Below, in pieces: positions 50,754-64,000 of a DNA stretch of 64,000 nt; position 1 is the stretch's first letter, and every line of letters starts with the position of its first letter. The notes beneath the pieces were generated by a model, which saw only the letters and a program-made list of their open reading frames with translations, did no database searches and had not been told where the DNA came from. The stretch is from positions 30,128 to 94,127 of the forward strand of contig NW_021832863.1 in the NCBI RefSeq assembly GCF_006345805.1, in the 5' to 3' direction. A program made the position numbers and the translations under genes. The DNA comes from Octopus sinensis. Taxonomy: Eukaryota.

Positions 50754-53417
50754 TATATATAAAGGACAGTTTTCCACACAATTTCCGTCAACCAAACTTA
50801 CAGGGCTTTAGGTGGCCCGCGGCTAAAGTAGAAGACACTCGACGAAAATGCCGTGCATTGGAATTGAACCCTAAACCACGGTGTAGCAAAACGGGCTTAT
50901 TAACCGTGCAACTATTTCTTCCCGATTGTCATTCCTTGTAAACAGTTTTTAGTAGAAACGCTGCTATAAATTACTTGGGTGGGGTGCCTAATTTATTGTT
51001 ATTTGTTTAATTGATTTCCAAGGAATAACTAGCAGAGTCAATCTCAAAGAATTTCAATTAAATGGCGTTAGATGTGTTACCGTTTCTACCCAACTCGCCT
51101 GGCTTCATGAATCTTAATAAGATTTCGGTAGGGTTATGTCCGCTCAAGAAGGTTGATTCGTTTAGCATAGTTAATGAAATCTGTTCCACAGTAAAAGAAG
51201 GCAGATCACTGGGGCATAAAGATATCTGAACATCAACAAAGACCAGCTACGAGCGACCATAATAAATCAAATAATCTAACGGAGATATACCCCGTAGTCC
51301 TGAATATTTGTAAAGTGTAAACAGAACTGAAGAAGTAAGATGGAAGATATCAAGGTTTAGCCGGTCTGTGTCAATGTTATCAATTGTGAGCTGTATAGAG
51401 AAAAAACAAACAAGTAAACAGTCACAGAACAAGATAACAATAAAGATCTTCGAGATTGTATCATTTTTTTTTGCCTGACACAATCTGCAGTTAAAAGCTA
51501 AAACAACATGGCTGTAGAATTCGTAGCTGTTGGAAATAACTAATAAGATCCACTAACTTGTTCGGCACTTAAATCTGTAGTAACAGATAGAAAAATCGGA
51601 AAACAACAAAACGTTAAGTTGTATAGAAAAGAGAAAAAAAATGCTCAGAAATCGCAGCTTTTCCTTTTCTTCCTCTGGAAAACATGAAAACACAAACATT
51701 ACTCTCTCTCTTTCTCTCTGTCTTTGTCTCGCTGGACTTCTCTCGCTCTCTTTCTCTCTCTCATATACACACATAAACACACATGTGTAAAGATATACTC
51801 AGACATACAGGCGTACACACACAAACACATACATACGCACAAATGAAGTCTGTCAATTGAGAAATATAAATTAGAAAGAAAATATTATTTATACGCGATA
51901 CAAAAGATAGAGTTTTCTCTAACGGAACTAACATTGTTTCACAGACAATTCTCAAAGAAGTGAGAAATCGGTAAAAAATGGGAATGAAAAATGAACCAGA
52001 AGAACGATCACAGTAAATCGTGTGAATTTGAACGTCGGCGATTATTCTACTCGTCCTCTCATCATATTGAACTTCCTGGGAAAACCTGAGCGAAAACAAA
52101 GAATGGGTTATCGAAAGCAGCTTATAAAATTAACACTTCGAGGTCTCAAACAGACGTAATTCTATTTGTATCTATTCGTTCGTATGAGTTACTAATTTAT
52201 TCATGCATTCATTCATTTGCATCGATGGGTCGTTTATCGTTTCCCTAAATCACACATACGTTGTAGCAGAGAAAACAATAGCAACAAAAGTCAAAATAAT
52301 CGGACAGACTGTTTCATATTTCCTATGATTAGATCAGTTACACAATTGAATTCAGCAAGGGGAATTAAAATAGTTCACTCATTAACATTTATTTCTCACC
52401 TTCTACTATTATAGCATTCACAACTTAAAGAGTTCAAACGTTTTATCACTAATAAATTAGTTCCATCTCTTACAGACCAATTCACATCACTTTGTTCTCA
52501 CTACGTGCTTGGTTGGAAAGCTCTTACTGAATGATTGGATCATTAAACTATTTATCGATATTCTAACTTCTTGCAGGCGAAATCAACTGATTGAGAAACT
52601 TTCGTACAAGTTGTACTTTGTTTCTGCTTTAATTGATCGGATCGATCAAGGAATATCGGAGTTCGTTACATCACGTTTTAAAGAAGAAGGATAGATGAGT
52701 TAATCAGCTAGCAGTCACGCATATACAAGATGGCTGCTATCTTTAGATATTCTGAAACGAATATGTTGAATGAATTTCTATCTGGCAACCTTATATTCAT
52801 ATGAAAAGCTATTATTGCCGTTTTGGGTGTAAGTTGAACATGGTTACAAACTAAGCATTAATTTGAATTGATTTTCTTCTTGAAACAGAAATGAATTTTA
52901 CTGGTGGATTCGTGTTTGAACAGCATTTTATGCTTTCTTATAATCTTTTTGCTCTTTGTTTTAAAAAACAAAGGAGGCGTCAGGAAGCAACAGAGCGCTT
53001 CATCTTTTCTTGTTCACACGCAGCATCATTAAATATTGCACCAACGTTTCTTCAAATCTGAAATTTCTTATCGCAAGGAAGTTTACTGATTGAAGCAACG
53101 CAAAGTCAAAGATAGCTTTGTGTTCACAATAGAGGGAATAACTTTCCCATCAATAAATTCAATGGATCAAATAAGAGAGCTCATATACACAATAAAGCAT
53201 TCTTCCTCTTCTAGTCAAACATATCTCAACTTTCTCTACAATAGAAGACTGTTACAAAATAATGTGGAAGCAATAATCTGTTATAACCAGCATGGTGGCA
53301 GTCACCTGCAAAAACACTTTCAACTGATTATCATGAAAGCAAACGGTACATTCCTTTAACTCAGATTTCAAGGCATTATTCCACTCATGTATGTCCTAAT
53401 CAAACTATTCCTCTCTC

Positions 53418-53720
53418 TCGTGGAAGCGTCATCCAAGCAAAGTACAAATATATGGGAAACTACCACCTGTATCATCTCTTGTGGAAGGTAGAAGAGTCCA
53501 GTTTGCTGGACATTGTTGTAGAGCTGAAAACGAGGTAATTTCTACTCTGGAAGCCATCTGCTCGCGATACCAGAGGGCGCACACTCTCCTACCCTGATGT
53601 AATCTCCAAGGATACAGGCATCCAGCAACAGGACCTCCGTAATGCTTGGATGGACCGTGAAGTCTGGCGTAACATAGTAAATTCCATTGTTTCGACCACG
53701 GTCGAACAATGGATGATGAT
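53418..53720 (+). mobile_element. RTE-clade LINE 3' end
   Basis: SWKRHPSKVQIYGKLPPVSSLVEGRRVQFAGHCCR...KPS...GRTLSYPDVISKDTG...MDREVWR. 3' hairpin ttcgacc-ac-ggtcgaa and (GAT) tail. Confidence 0.85.
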
Positions 53721-54703
53721 TCCTCTCCAACATTCTCTAGAAAAACCTCCGTTTTTACTTCTAGATTTCTCTCCAATTTCTCCCTTAACACATATCAAGG
53801 ATTGAACCCCTCACTCCTATCTTCATTGTATCACGCCGTGGACCTCTCCCCTCAAGTCTATGTTATTCATCACAGTTTGTAAATAGTACTAAAAGTGTTT
53901 ATTACAGCTTAGTGTTTATGTAACACTACATTATCAAGGTAACGCTTATCACAACTTAATCATGTTTAACCTTTTAAAAGTCTGTTTACTGAATTTTTTT
54001 CTGAAAGATGAAAACAAGCAAAATTACATTTCATTCGCAACAAAATCAATTTTTTTCAGCCATGCTATCAAACGACATTTTTTCTTTCACATCCTAAATG
54101 CTCTCTTCTCTTTTAGTCAAGAGGGAAAACCTGTACTTAAGATCTGTTTGACGGTTTCCGACTCTAATGGGCATGAGAATGGAATGTATCTCTAAACCGA
54201 AAACCCGACCGGATGTTTGTAAGAGAGTAGATTCTCTTAAAGACACCTCGGATGGTGGAGCTAAAGCATTAAATAGATTAAATCTAAATACCCAAGTACC
54301 TCAGGGTGGGACCTGCATTCGGAACATAAAGAACTTGAGCAAATACCGTAAGGCATCCGGTCCGATGTTTTTACAGATCCATCTATCTCCCATCTTGGAT
54401 AAATACATTTCTTTTCTACCCTGAATGGATAAAATACTAAGGTTGACTTCGGCTGATTTGAACTCAGAATGCAAGTTGTTAGAATAAATATCGCGCAACA
54501 TTCTATCCGAGGTTTTGATGACTTTGTTAATCTACCGACCTTGTCTAACAACAACAACAACAACACGACGGCGACAACAACAGCATAATTTTTACTCTAT
54601 TATTTATCGATGTCTTTCTTTGATCAGAAGCGGAAATTTAAAACTTATTTTTCATTTAAGTTGACTTTCGAGTCGTTGTTATATTAGTATAGACTTTACA
54701 TTA

Positions 54704-55985
54704 AGGCCGCGAGCTGGCAGAAACGTTAGCACGCCGGGTGAAATGTGTAGCCGTATTTCGTCTGCCGTTACGTTCTGAGTTCAAATTCCGCCGGGGTCGA
54801 CTTTGCCTTTCATCCTTTCGGGGTTGATAAATTAAGTGCCAGTTACTCCCTGGGATCGATATAATCGACTTAATCCGTTTGTGTGTCCTTTTTTGTCAAA
54901 TTTTGGCAGAAGTTCAGCAAATTTGGGGAGGGAAGTAGTCGATTGCATCGACCCCAGTACTCAACTGGTACTTATTTTATCGACTCCGAAATGATGCACA
55001 GCAAAGCCTACCTCGGTGGAATTTAAACTCAGAACGGAAAGACGGACGAAATTCCGTGCTAACGATTCTGGCAGCTCGCCGCCTTAAATTTCATTAAAAT
55101 AATTATCTATTTCTTTATTACCCACAAGGGGCTAAATATACAGTGGACAAATAAGGAGAGACAAAGGGATTAAGTCGATTATATCGACCCCAGTGCGCAA
55201 CTGGTATTTATTTAATCGACCCCAAAAGGATGAAAGGTAAAGTCGACCTCGGCGGAATTTGAACTCAGAACGTAGCGGCAGAGGAAATACCTATTTCTTT
55301 ACTACCCACGAGGGCTACACACAGAGAGGACAAACAAGGGCACACAAACGGATTAACTCGATTATATCGACCCCAGTACGTAACTGGTACTTAATTTATC
55401 GACCCCGAAAGGATGAAAGGTAAAGTCGACCTCGGCGGAATTTGAACTCAGAACGTAACGGCAGACGAAATACGGCTACACATTTCGCCCAGGATGCTAA
55501 CGATTCTGCCAGCTCACCGCCTTAAATTTCATTGAAATATTGATAGATCGTTTACTTAGTTCATCGTTTACTTTATCCGCTGTCTTTTATCGTAAATTGA
55601 GCAAACCAACAATGAAAAAAATTCCAGCTTTGATCATCGAAGGATTTCATACATATAGGATTACATTGTTCAATATACCCTTCCTTTTTTTAAAGTCCAT
55701 TAATTCAGATTTGAGGGAGATTTGATTTGTATCTCAGTTGTCATGTGACTATAAGCTCCTTGAAGGTGGTGAACTGGCAGAAGCGTTATAACGCCGGGCG
55801 AAATGCTTAGTGTATTTCGTCTGTCTTTACGTTCTGAGTTCAAATTCCGCCGAGGTCGACTTTGCCTTTCATCCTTTCGAGGTCGTTAAATTAAGTACTA
55901 GTTACGCACTGGAGTCGATATAATCGACTTAATCCGTTTGTCTGTCCTTCTTTGTCCCCTCTGTGTTTAATCCTTTGTGGGTATA
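54704..55985. mobile_element. Cluster of four family B SINEs (54704-54890 +, 54930-55085 -, 55105-55523 - dimer, 55763-55985 +)
   Basis: Core and head motifs in each. aaatttcatt(a/g)aaata at 55086-55101 and 55524-55539 flank the dimer. Confidence 0.88.
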
Positions 55986-56569
55986 AAGCTCCCTATCATT
56001 TTGAGACGTAGTTGTGATCGATAGGTCGATAACCTATGGAGTCAGACCGATTGCCCTTTTTAATGTAATTCTATAAAGAATAATGGTGATGAATACCCTG
56101 TTTAAAAATGTGAACTATGAGCCTATTTACTATATATATTCTGCCGAATCGTAAGGCACCGCTAACAATAGAACAATTCCTGGTTATTCTAGCAAATTGA
56201 ATCGCTTACTATTCATTCTAATTCTGAACCAACGCCGTCTACTTGATCACAATTATTCATTTAAAAGAGTGAGCTCAAGGAAACTTAGTCTATGCTTTCA
56301 CAGCCTGGGCAAATGCAATTATAGAAGAGAAAATTGTAAAGTCGATATAAATACAACGCTACAAACATACAGTTAGTTGTAATATTAACGGCCGATTCGG
56401 TAATATTGTGAAAGAACGAAGATTAGTAAAGCTGAGCATGGCTTTTTCTTTCAAACTATTTCCATTGCTCTTTTGTGACACCAAGATGGAAATAAATACG
56501 AAACGGTAAATAGAATTTAATATTCAGCTTTTCTTTCTCATCGACCCGATATTTTATTGGTGTGTATTG

Positions 56570-56687
56570 AATAATCGGCTGAGAGGAAGAGAGAGAGAGA
56601 AAGAAGGAGAGAGAAAGAAAGGAGAGAGGTGGAAAGAAAATGCATAGGAAATATATAAAAAAGTTATAAACAAAATAGAAAATGGAG

Positions 56688-56719
<32 letters not shown>

Positions 56720-56820
56720 GCGAGAGAGAGAGAGCGAGAGAGAGAGAGAGCGAGAGAGAGAAAGAAACGAAGAACGAGAAAGAGAGAGGCAGGGAACAGG
56801 GTAGTAATAGAAAGAGAATA
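56570..56820. repeat. (GA)n/(GAGAGAGAGC) purine-rich repeat
   Basis: Directly visible. Confidence 0.9.
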
Positions 56821-57508
56821 CGAGATGGAGATATCAACCCGCAAATTATACAATAATGGCGGAATCTGGGGTTAAACCTTCATTCTATTCAATTGAGTGC
56901 TTTTCTAAACAGATTAATTTATTCTGCCACACCTACTAACTGACAAATGATTTATTACAAAACTGAAATATGAATGGAAGAGGAAATTGTAGCATAAGAT
57001 CGTTACAAGAGAGAGAGAGTTCTGTTTTAAAAATAGGCGATCGGACCATAATGGAAATATAGAGAAAAAAAGAAGAAAGAATAGAAAATAAAAGAAACAA
57101 CACTTGTGATGTTAATGGAGATATTATTACTCAAATACTGCTTAGTGTAATATTTGTTCGACTGTAAATCTAGACATTTTAGAAAATACAAAGAATTATA
57201 AGAGAAGAGAGGATGAATAATTTGTGTGGAAAATAAATATAGCCAAAACGAGTAAAGATAAAAGTAAATGATGTGATAGTAATCCAAACTTGAACGGAGA
57301 GGTAGAGAAAATGGATTAAATATGTCGTCTGCTTTTATACAGAATGGAGAAAAAAATGAAACGTTTCAACATAGCATTAATAGATACTTCCTGAGTCACT
57401 AAATGATTTCGTTAAAAAATTTCTTAATGTTTATTTATTCAATCTCCATATTGTAAATGATATGTAAGTGATATAACTGATATGTGAATAATATAGATTT
57501 AGGTATAC

Positions 57509-57915
57509 AAGGCGGCGAGCTGGCAGAACCGTTAGCAGGCCGGGCGAAGTGATTCGCGGTATTTCGCCCGTCGCTACGTTCTGAGTTCAAATTCCGCCGA
57601 GGTCGACTTTGCATTTCATCCTTTTGGGGTCGATAAATTAAGTACCAGTTACACACTGGAGTCGATATAATCGACTTAATCCGTTTGTCTGTCGTTGTTT
57701 GTCCTCTCTGTGTTTAGCCCTTTGTGGGTAGTAAAGAAATAGGTATTTCGCCCGTCGCTACGTTCTGAGTTCAAATTCCGCCGAGGTCGACTTTGCATTT
57801 CATCCTTTCGGAGTCGATAAATTAAGTACCAGTTACACACTGGGGGTAGATGTAATCGACTTAATCCCTTTGTCTGTCCTTGTTTCTCCCTTCTATGTTT
57901 GTGGGTAATAAAGAA
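57509..57915 (+). mobile_element. SINE family B, two tandem units
   Basis: Both units share the variants cgcccgtcgct and gcatttcatcc. Confidence 0.92.
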
Positions 57916-59315
57916 ACAAATATAGTTTTAAGTATACTGTGGAGGCGCGTGGCCATGCGTTTAGGGCTGTTGGAATCAGGTTCGTTAGACAGTAGGTTCG
58001 ATTCTCGGACTTGGTTGCACTTCATTTCAAGTCTGTCCAGTATACTCCACTGAATATGATACCAGTGACACCTGGGGGTTATCCCTGAGATAGACAGCAG
58101 TTCCGTTCTGTAGAGAAATGTATACTACTCTCAGCCTAAGCACCTTGTAAATCCAGTCACCTTTTGACTTTAGGCTCGACACAGACTATAACAATTATTC
58201 AAAATGAATTGTAATGGTATTTATTAAAATGTTTGTTTTGTTAGAATACAATGAGATCCAAAGTCTATCTTGATTAAGGCATTCTTGCTTTGACTATTCC
58301 GTCTTGTTTTCAGACAATATATCTTGTACAAAGGCATTGAAACAGCAGAATCAATTACAAAGCTTGTTTATGTGTCTCGGTTATAGAGGTATTTATATCT
58401 ACTCGCAACTACACTGGCGCCGAAACAATTTGATAAAGCATGGCAGATACTACGAGTCTATGCACTTTGTACAACAGCTTCGCACGATTTATTTCTTCAA
58501 CCAGAAGGCGTCTGCATGGTTGTCCAATTCCTTAAAAATGGTAGCTAAATACCCCTGAATCCTACAGTCTTAAAAAGAAGAAATGACACATTCAATAATG
58601 TAGTTAAGTCTTAGTATATTATATCGTAAAGAATGACGGGTAGTCACAACTGGAATGATTTTGATCATATTTATGCTAGAGCAGAACTGGGTTGAAGTTA
58701 TTAGCAAATGCAACACAGATTTTGAGCCACTCCAAAGATGGCGTCATATTCCCCCGGCATCTCTCGCCTGTCAGAACTTTAGAAGAAGCTACGTCGTTAC
58801 ACTTGGCATTAACACTTCGATCGAAAATACAGAAAGAAGAATAGAGAGAAATAGAAGTAGAAAATGAACGAAGATTTTAAAAAAATTAAAAAAGAATAAA
58901 TATTAAATAGATATATATCTTTTCCGTTTATTTTCCAACAAAATCTGCAATTTTCGTGACAACATTAAAAGCAAACACACAATTCTCACTTCACGCGCTC
59001 CTCTAAAACGACACAAAATAACACACAGAAAAAAAAACCCAATCGGGAATAGTTGACGTATCTTGATTTATGCCGTTATATCTTGATTTGCGAAAATCTA
59101 CGACGGCTCCAATATTTTCTTTTCTCGTCTCCTTAATTCCTTGCGCCAACTGTTCGTTTGTTTTTATTTTCAATCGACCGCACCATTGCACAATCTTCCA
59201 GTCGTATAAAAATCTTGCTCTTTCAGTGTGTTACGTAAAAATATTATCGTACTTCTACATATTTTTCTGGTTGGTCCTTTTCATTTTCGACGCTTTTTCA
59301 GTCTTTTTCTTACCT

Positions 59316-60110
<795 letters not shown>

Positions 60111-60619
60111 GCCTGCGTAGCTTGTTTGCCGTCCAGACAGTATCGAATGAGTAATGGAATGAATTACGATATTTTCATTGATTAATTTTTATCGGAGATG
60201 AGGAAAAAAATCATTAGCTTAATGATTTAATTCTGGTTAAGAAGGGCAGGGTACATGACTCTGGAATTTAATGAACTGAAAAGTAATTAAAAATATAATA
60301 CGGCCAACAGAGAGGCCAACTGGTTCTCTTGTTGGCAGTCGGGTAGCAAATACGGTATTGTTACAGACTTTCACCTTATCAGAGAATCGTAATTTCAAAA
60401 GTGATTCCACATGTATGTATGTATGTATGTATGTATGTATGTATGTATGTATGTATGTATGTATGCATGCATGCATGTATCAGTATGTATATATATATGT
60501 TTATATGTATGTTACATCTGTCTCTCTACCTGTCGCAGAGAAACAAGCCATCAAACAGATAGTGGGAGACAAACACAGAGAAATGTCCACACACACGCAC
60601 ACAGAAACACAAATATATA

Positions 60620-61478
60620 CTTGGTCTGATCAATAAGTATCCGGACTGTTGCCATAGTACCGAAGCTAAAGCACACAGAGTAAAGCTGCTTGGCACAGAT
60701 TGATCTTGAACTATGCTGTGCATGCTCACTAAGTTCTAACGCCATAGCTTACTTCCGCCGTTTGCAGTAGTGCTTGAAAGGAAGGTGCGTAGCATGTGAT
60801 CGTCGCATTGACCACGACCGAGAAAGTTGAGCAGAGAATCTGCCTCAAATTTTGCCAAAAGCTTGGCGATACCTGCTCAGAGGTTTACGCAAAGTTTTCA
60901 ATATGTTTTCATCATTCTTGACACAATCAAGGAGATCTTGCGCAGCTGAAACCCGAGTGTCTTTTTTGGTCAGCTGAAAGCAGTTTCGAAGCAAACCTGG
61001 CAGACACGTGTTTCAGAGCCCAAATCATCAGTGATAATGGACTGAACTGAACCGTAACTAATCTGCACATCCTCTGATAACACACGGATGGTAATGTGAC
61101 GATTTCCCCTCACAGCTGCACGCACATCTGCGATGTTTTTCTCAGTTCTGCTGGTTGTGAGTCTCCCAGAACGTACGTCAATATCAACAATTTTTTGTTC
61201 ATCTTGGAAACGTCTGAACCAGTCGTACAGTTATGTGCGGCTCATACACTCCTCTCCATACTCTTTCTGCAGGTATCATCATGACAACTATCTCTGTCAT
61301 GGTCAATGCGAAGATCACATGCTACACACCTTTCCAAGTACTAGCGTGAGCTAGAACGATAAAACTTAGTGCGCATGCACAGCAGAGTCCAGGGTCAATC
61401 TGTGCCAAGCAGCTTTACTCTGCATGCATTAACTTCGTTGTTATGTCAACAGTCCGGATACTTATTGATCAGACCTCG
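60620..61478. mobile_element. Non-autonomous mariner built from two left ends in inverted orientation, 859 bp
   Basis: TA at both ends; TIR ggtctgatcaataagtatccggactgttg. The + end encodes TEKVEQRICLKFCQKLGDTCSE. The - end encodes QKEYGEECMSRT..YDWFRRF..RSGR..RHITIR..ISYGSV..DLLDCV. Confidence 0.88.
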
Positions 61479-61683
61479 TACATATACCTTGAACTTCCAC
61501 ATGAAATGTTGGCAAAACATTGAAGAAAGAAGGAACATTGCTCAGCTGTGTCCCGCAGAAGCCCCATTTGTCGGAACCAGGAGAGAGACCAATATATTCT
61601 TTTATTCTTTTACTTGTTTCAGTCATTTGATTGAGACCATGCTGGAGCACCGCCCTGAAGGATTTTAGTCGAACAAATAGATA

Positions 61684-62254
<571 letters not shown>

Positions 62255-62366
62255 ATTAATTTCTCATCTCTTAATTATAGAACTGAACAAATAGACCTCA
62301 GGACTCAACCCGGAACCACGTGGTTCGTAAGGGAGCTACTTACCACACAGCCACTCCTTCGCCTAA

Positions 62367-62409
<43 letters not shown>

Positions 62410-62449
62410 ACACTCACATATATCTGTATGTGTGTCAGTATGTGTATGA

Positions 62450-62480
<31 letters not shown>

Positions 62481-62491
62481 AGTGTGTGTGC

Positions 62492-62556
<65 letters not shown>

Positions 62557-62818
62557 CAGACACACTCACATATACATATGTACATATAGAACAGGCTTAT
62601 CAGAAGTTCCATTTACCAAATTTACCCACAAGACATTGCCCGACGGGGTGGGAGCTTAGCTATAGAAGAAGAAACGTTTTAAAATTGGCCGGCAGTGGGA
62701 GGGACCGGAAACCACATGATTGCGAAGCTTACATTTTAGCCACAGACCCATGTCTGCAACTCAGAACAACAGCGTGTTAACTCAATAGGACAAAGGGCTG
62801 GAAATATACCCGATGCTG

Positions 62819-63391
62819 AAGGCGGCGAGCTGGCAGACACGGTATTTCGTCTGTCGTTACGTTCTGAGTTCAAATTCCGCCGAGGTCGACTTTGCCTTTC
62901 ATCCTTTCGGGGTCGATAAATTAAGTACCAGTTACGCACTGGGGTTGATGTAATCGACTTAATCCCTTTGTCTGTCCTTGTTTGTCCCCTCTGTGTTTAG
63001 CCTCTTTGTGGTTAGTAAACAAATAGGCATTTTGTCTGCAGTTATGTTCTGAGTTCAAATTCCGCCGAGGTCGACTTTGCCTTTCATCCTTTCGGGGTCG
63101 ATAAATTAAGTACCAGTTACGCACTGGGGTCGATGTAATCGACTTAATCCTTTTGTCTGTCCTTGTTTGTCCCCTCTGTGTTTAGCTCCTTGTGGTTAGT
63201 AAAGAAATAGGTATTTCGTCTGCCGTTACGTTCTGAGTTCAAATTCCGCCGAGGTCGACTTTGCCTTTCATCCGTCCGAGGTCGATAAATTAAGTACCAG
63301 TTTATCACTGGGGTCGATGTAATCGACTTAATCCGTTTGTCCTTGCTTGTTCCCTCTATGTTTAGCCCCTTTGTGGGCAATAAAGAAATAT
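62819..63391 (+). mobile_element. SINE family B, three tandem units with TSD
   Basis: Unit starts at 62841, 63026 and 63210. atatacccg(a/c)tgc at 62804-62816 and 63392-63404. Confidence 0.92.
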
Positions 63392-64000
63392 ATATACCCG
63401 CTGCCATATACATATCCTCGGGTATTCTCCCCGTATTTTCTCCATAGTCAAGATATTAATTTAAGCTGTTTAGAAAAACCTAACCACTTGATAGCTGACT
63501 TCTCTTCTCAAACATGTATTAAATCATTTTATTTATATTTTTTTCCTTTCATCTAAGCATTTTACTTCATTTTTTGCTTTTAATTTTTATAGTTTTTTCT
63601 TTACGCATCTCATTCATTACAGTCATTAATCATTTATTTCCAATATATTATTTATTCATTCGATCTCCGCTGTTTTTTCTCCGTTCATTGATTTTATTAC
63701 ATTTTTTTTGTTATAAGTTGTATTTATGTTTTTTTTTTAGTGTTTTCTCTTTCTTTTCTTCATTTTCATAATTTCTCGCTTTTTCTCTCAGTTCGGTCTT
63801 TGCATAATCTTTCTTTTTCTTTTCTTTGTCGTTTAATTTTCTTTGCATTTATTTTGTTTTCATTTTTTTTATTTGTTTATTTCTTTCTTTCTTTTTGATC
63901 CTTTCATTTATTTTTCTTCCTGCTATTTACTTTCATTCTTTCCTTCCTTTCGTCTTTATCGCTTTCTCGAATTTACTTTCTTTCATTTATCATTACTTCA

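Noticed and set aside
58314-58558. Exon after the acceptor ttgttttcAG (58313)
   Set aside because: Open frames (DNISCTKALK.. or QYILYKGIET..) resemble nothing I recognise and the donors are weak.
21784-58747. Scattered YY1/Pho-like AAnATGGC motifs (21784, 29089, 48336, 52728, 58737)
   Set aside because: Short, unclustered, and compatible with chance.

Overview
AT-rich, extremely microsatellite-dense animal genomic DNA. The SINE families and repeat content point to a cephalopod, most likely Octopus (inference from recalled repeat families, no database search). No complete protein-coding gene is recognisable. There is one weak candidate first coding exon (5071-5206, +) and one candidate micro-exon (34788-34800, +), so the window may be one very long intron. 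Almost all ORFs in the supplied track are (TA)n/(CA)n/(TATC)n artefacts. The real content is mobile DNA: about 30 copies of four tRNA-derived SINE families, Penelope-like elements (PLE) of three types, R4/Dong-, Tx1/L1- and RTE-type LINE 3' fragments, four mariner remnants, a piggyBac-like MITE, hAT and Gypsy fossils, and a U6 snRNA pseudogene. Three structures stand out. (1) A 3.2-kb PLE palindrome carries an intact-looking type I hammerhead ribozyme in each arm and sits inside the internal (TA)n of a SINE. (2) A small non-coding element combines a tRNA-derived Pol III head with a hammerhead-bearing tail plus an inverted copy of that tail, making it a candidate Penelope-mobilised 'ribozyme SINE'. 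(3) One SINE family repeatedly forms 184-bp tandem arrays with an invariant junction. Coordinates were read by hand and may be off by a few bases.
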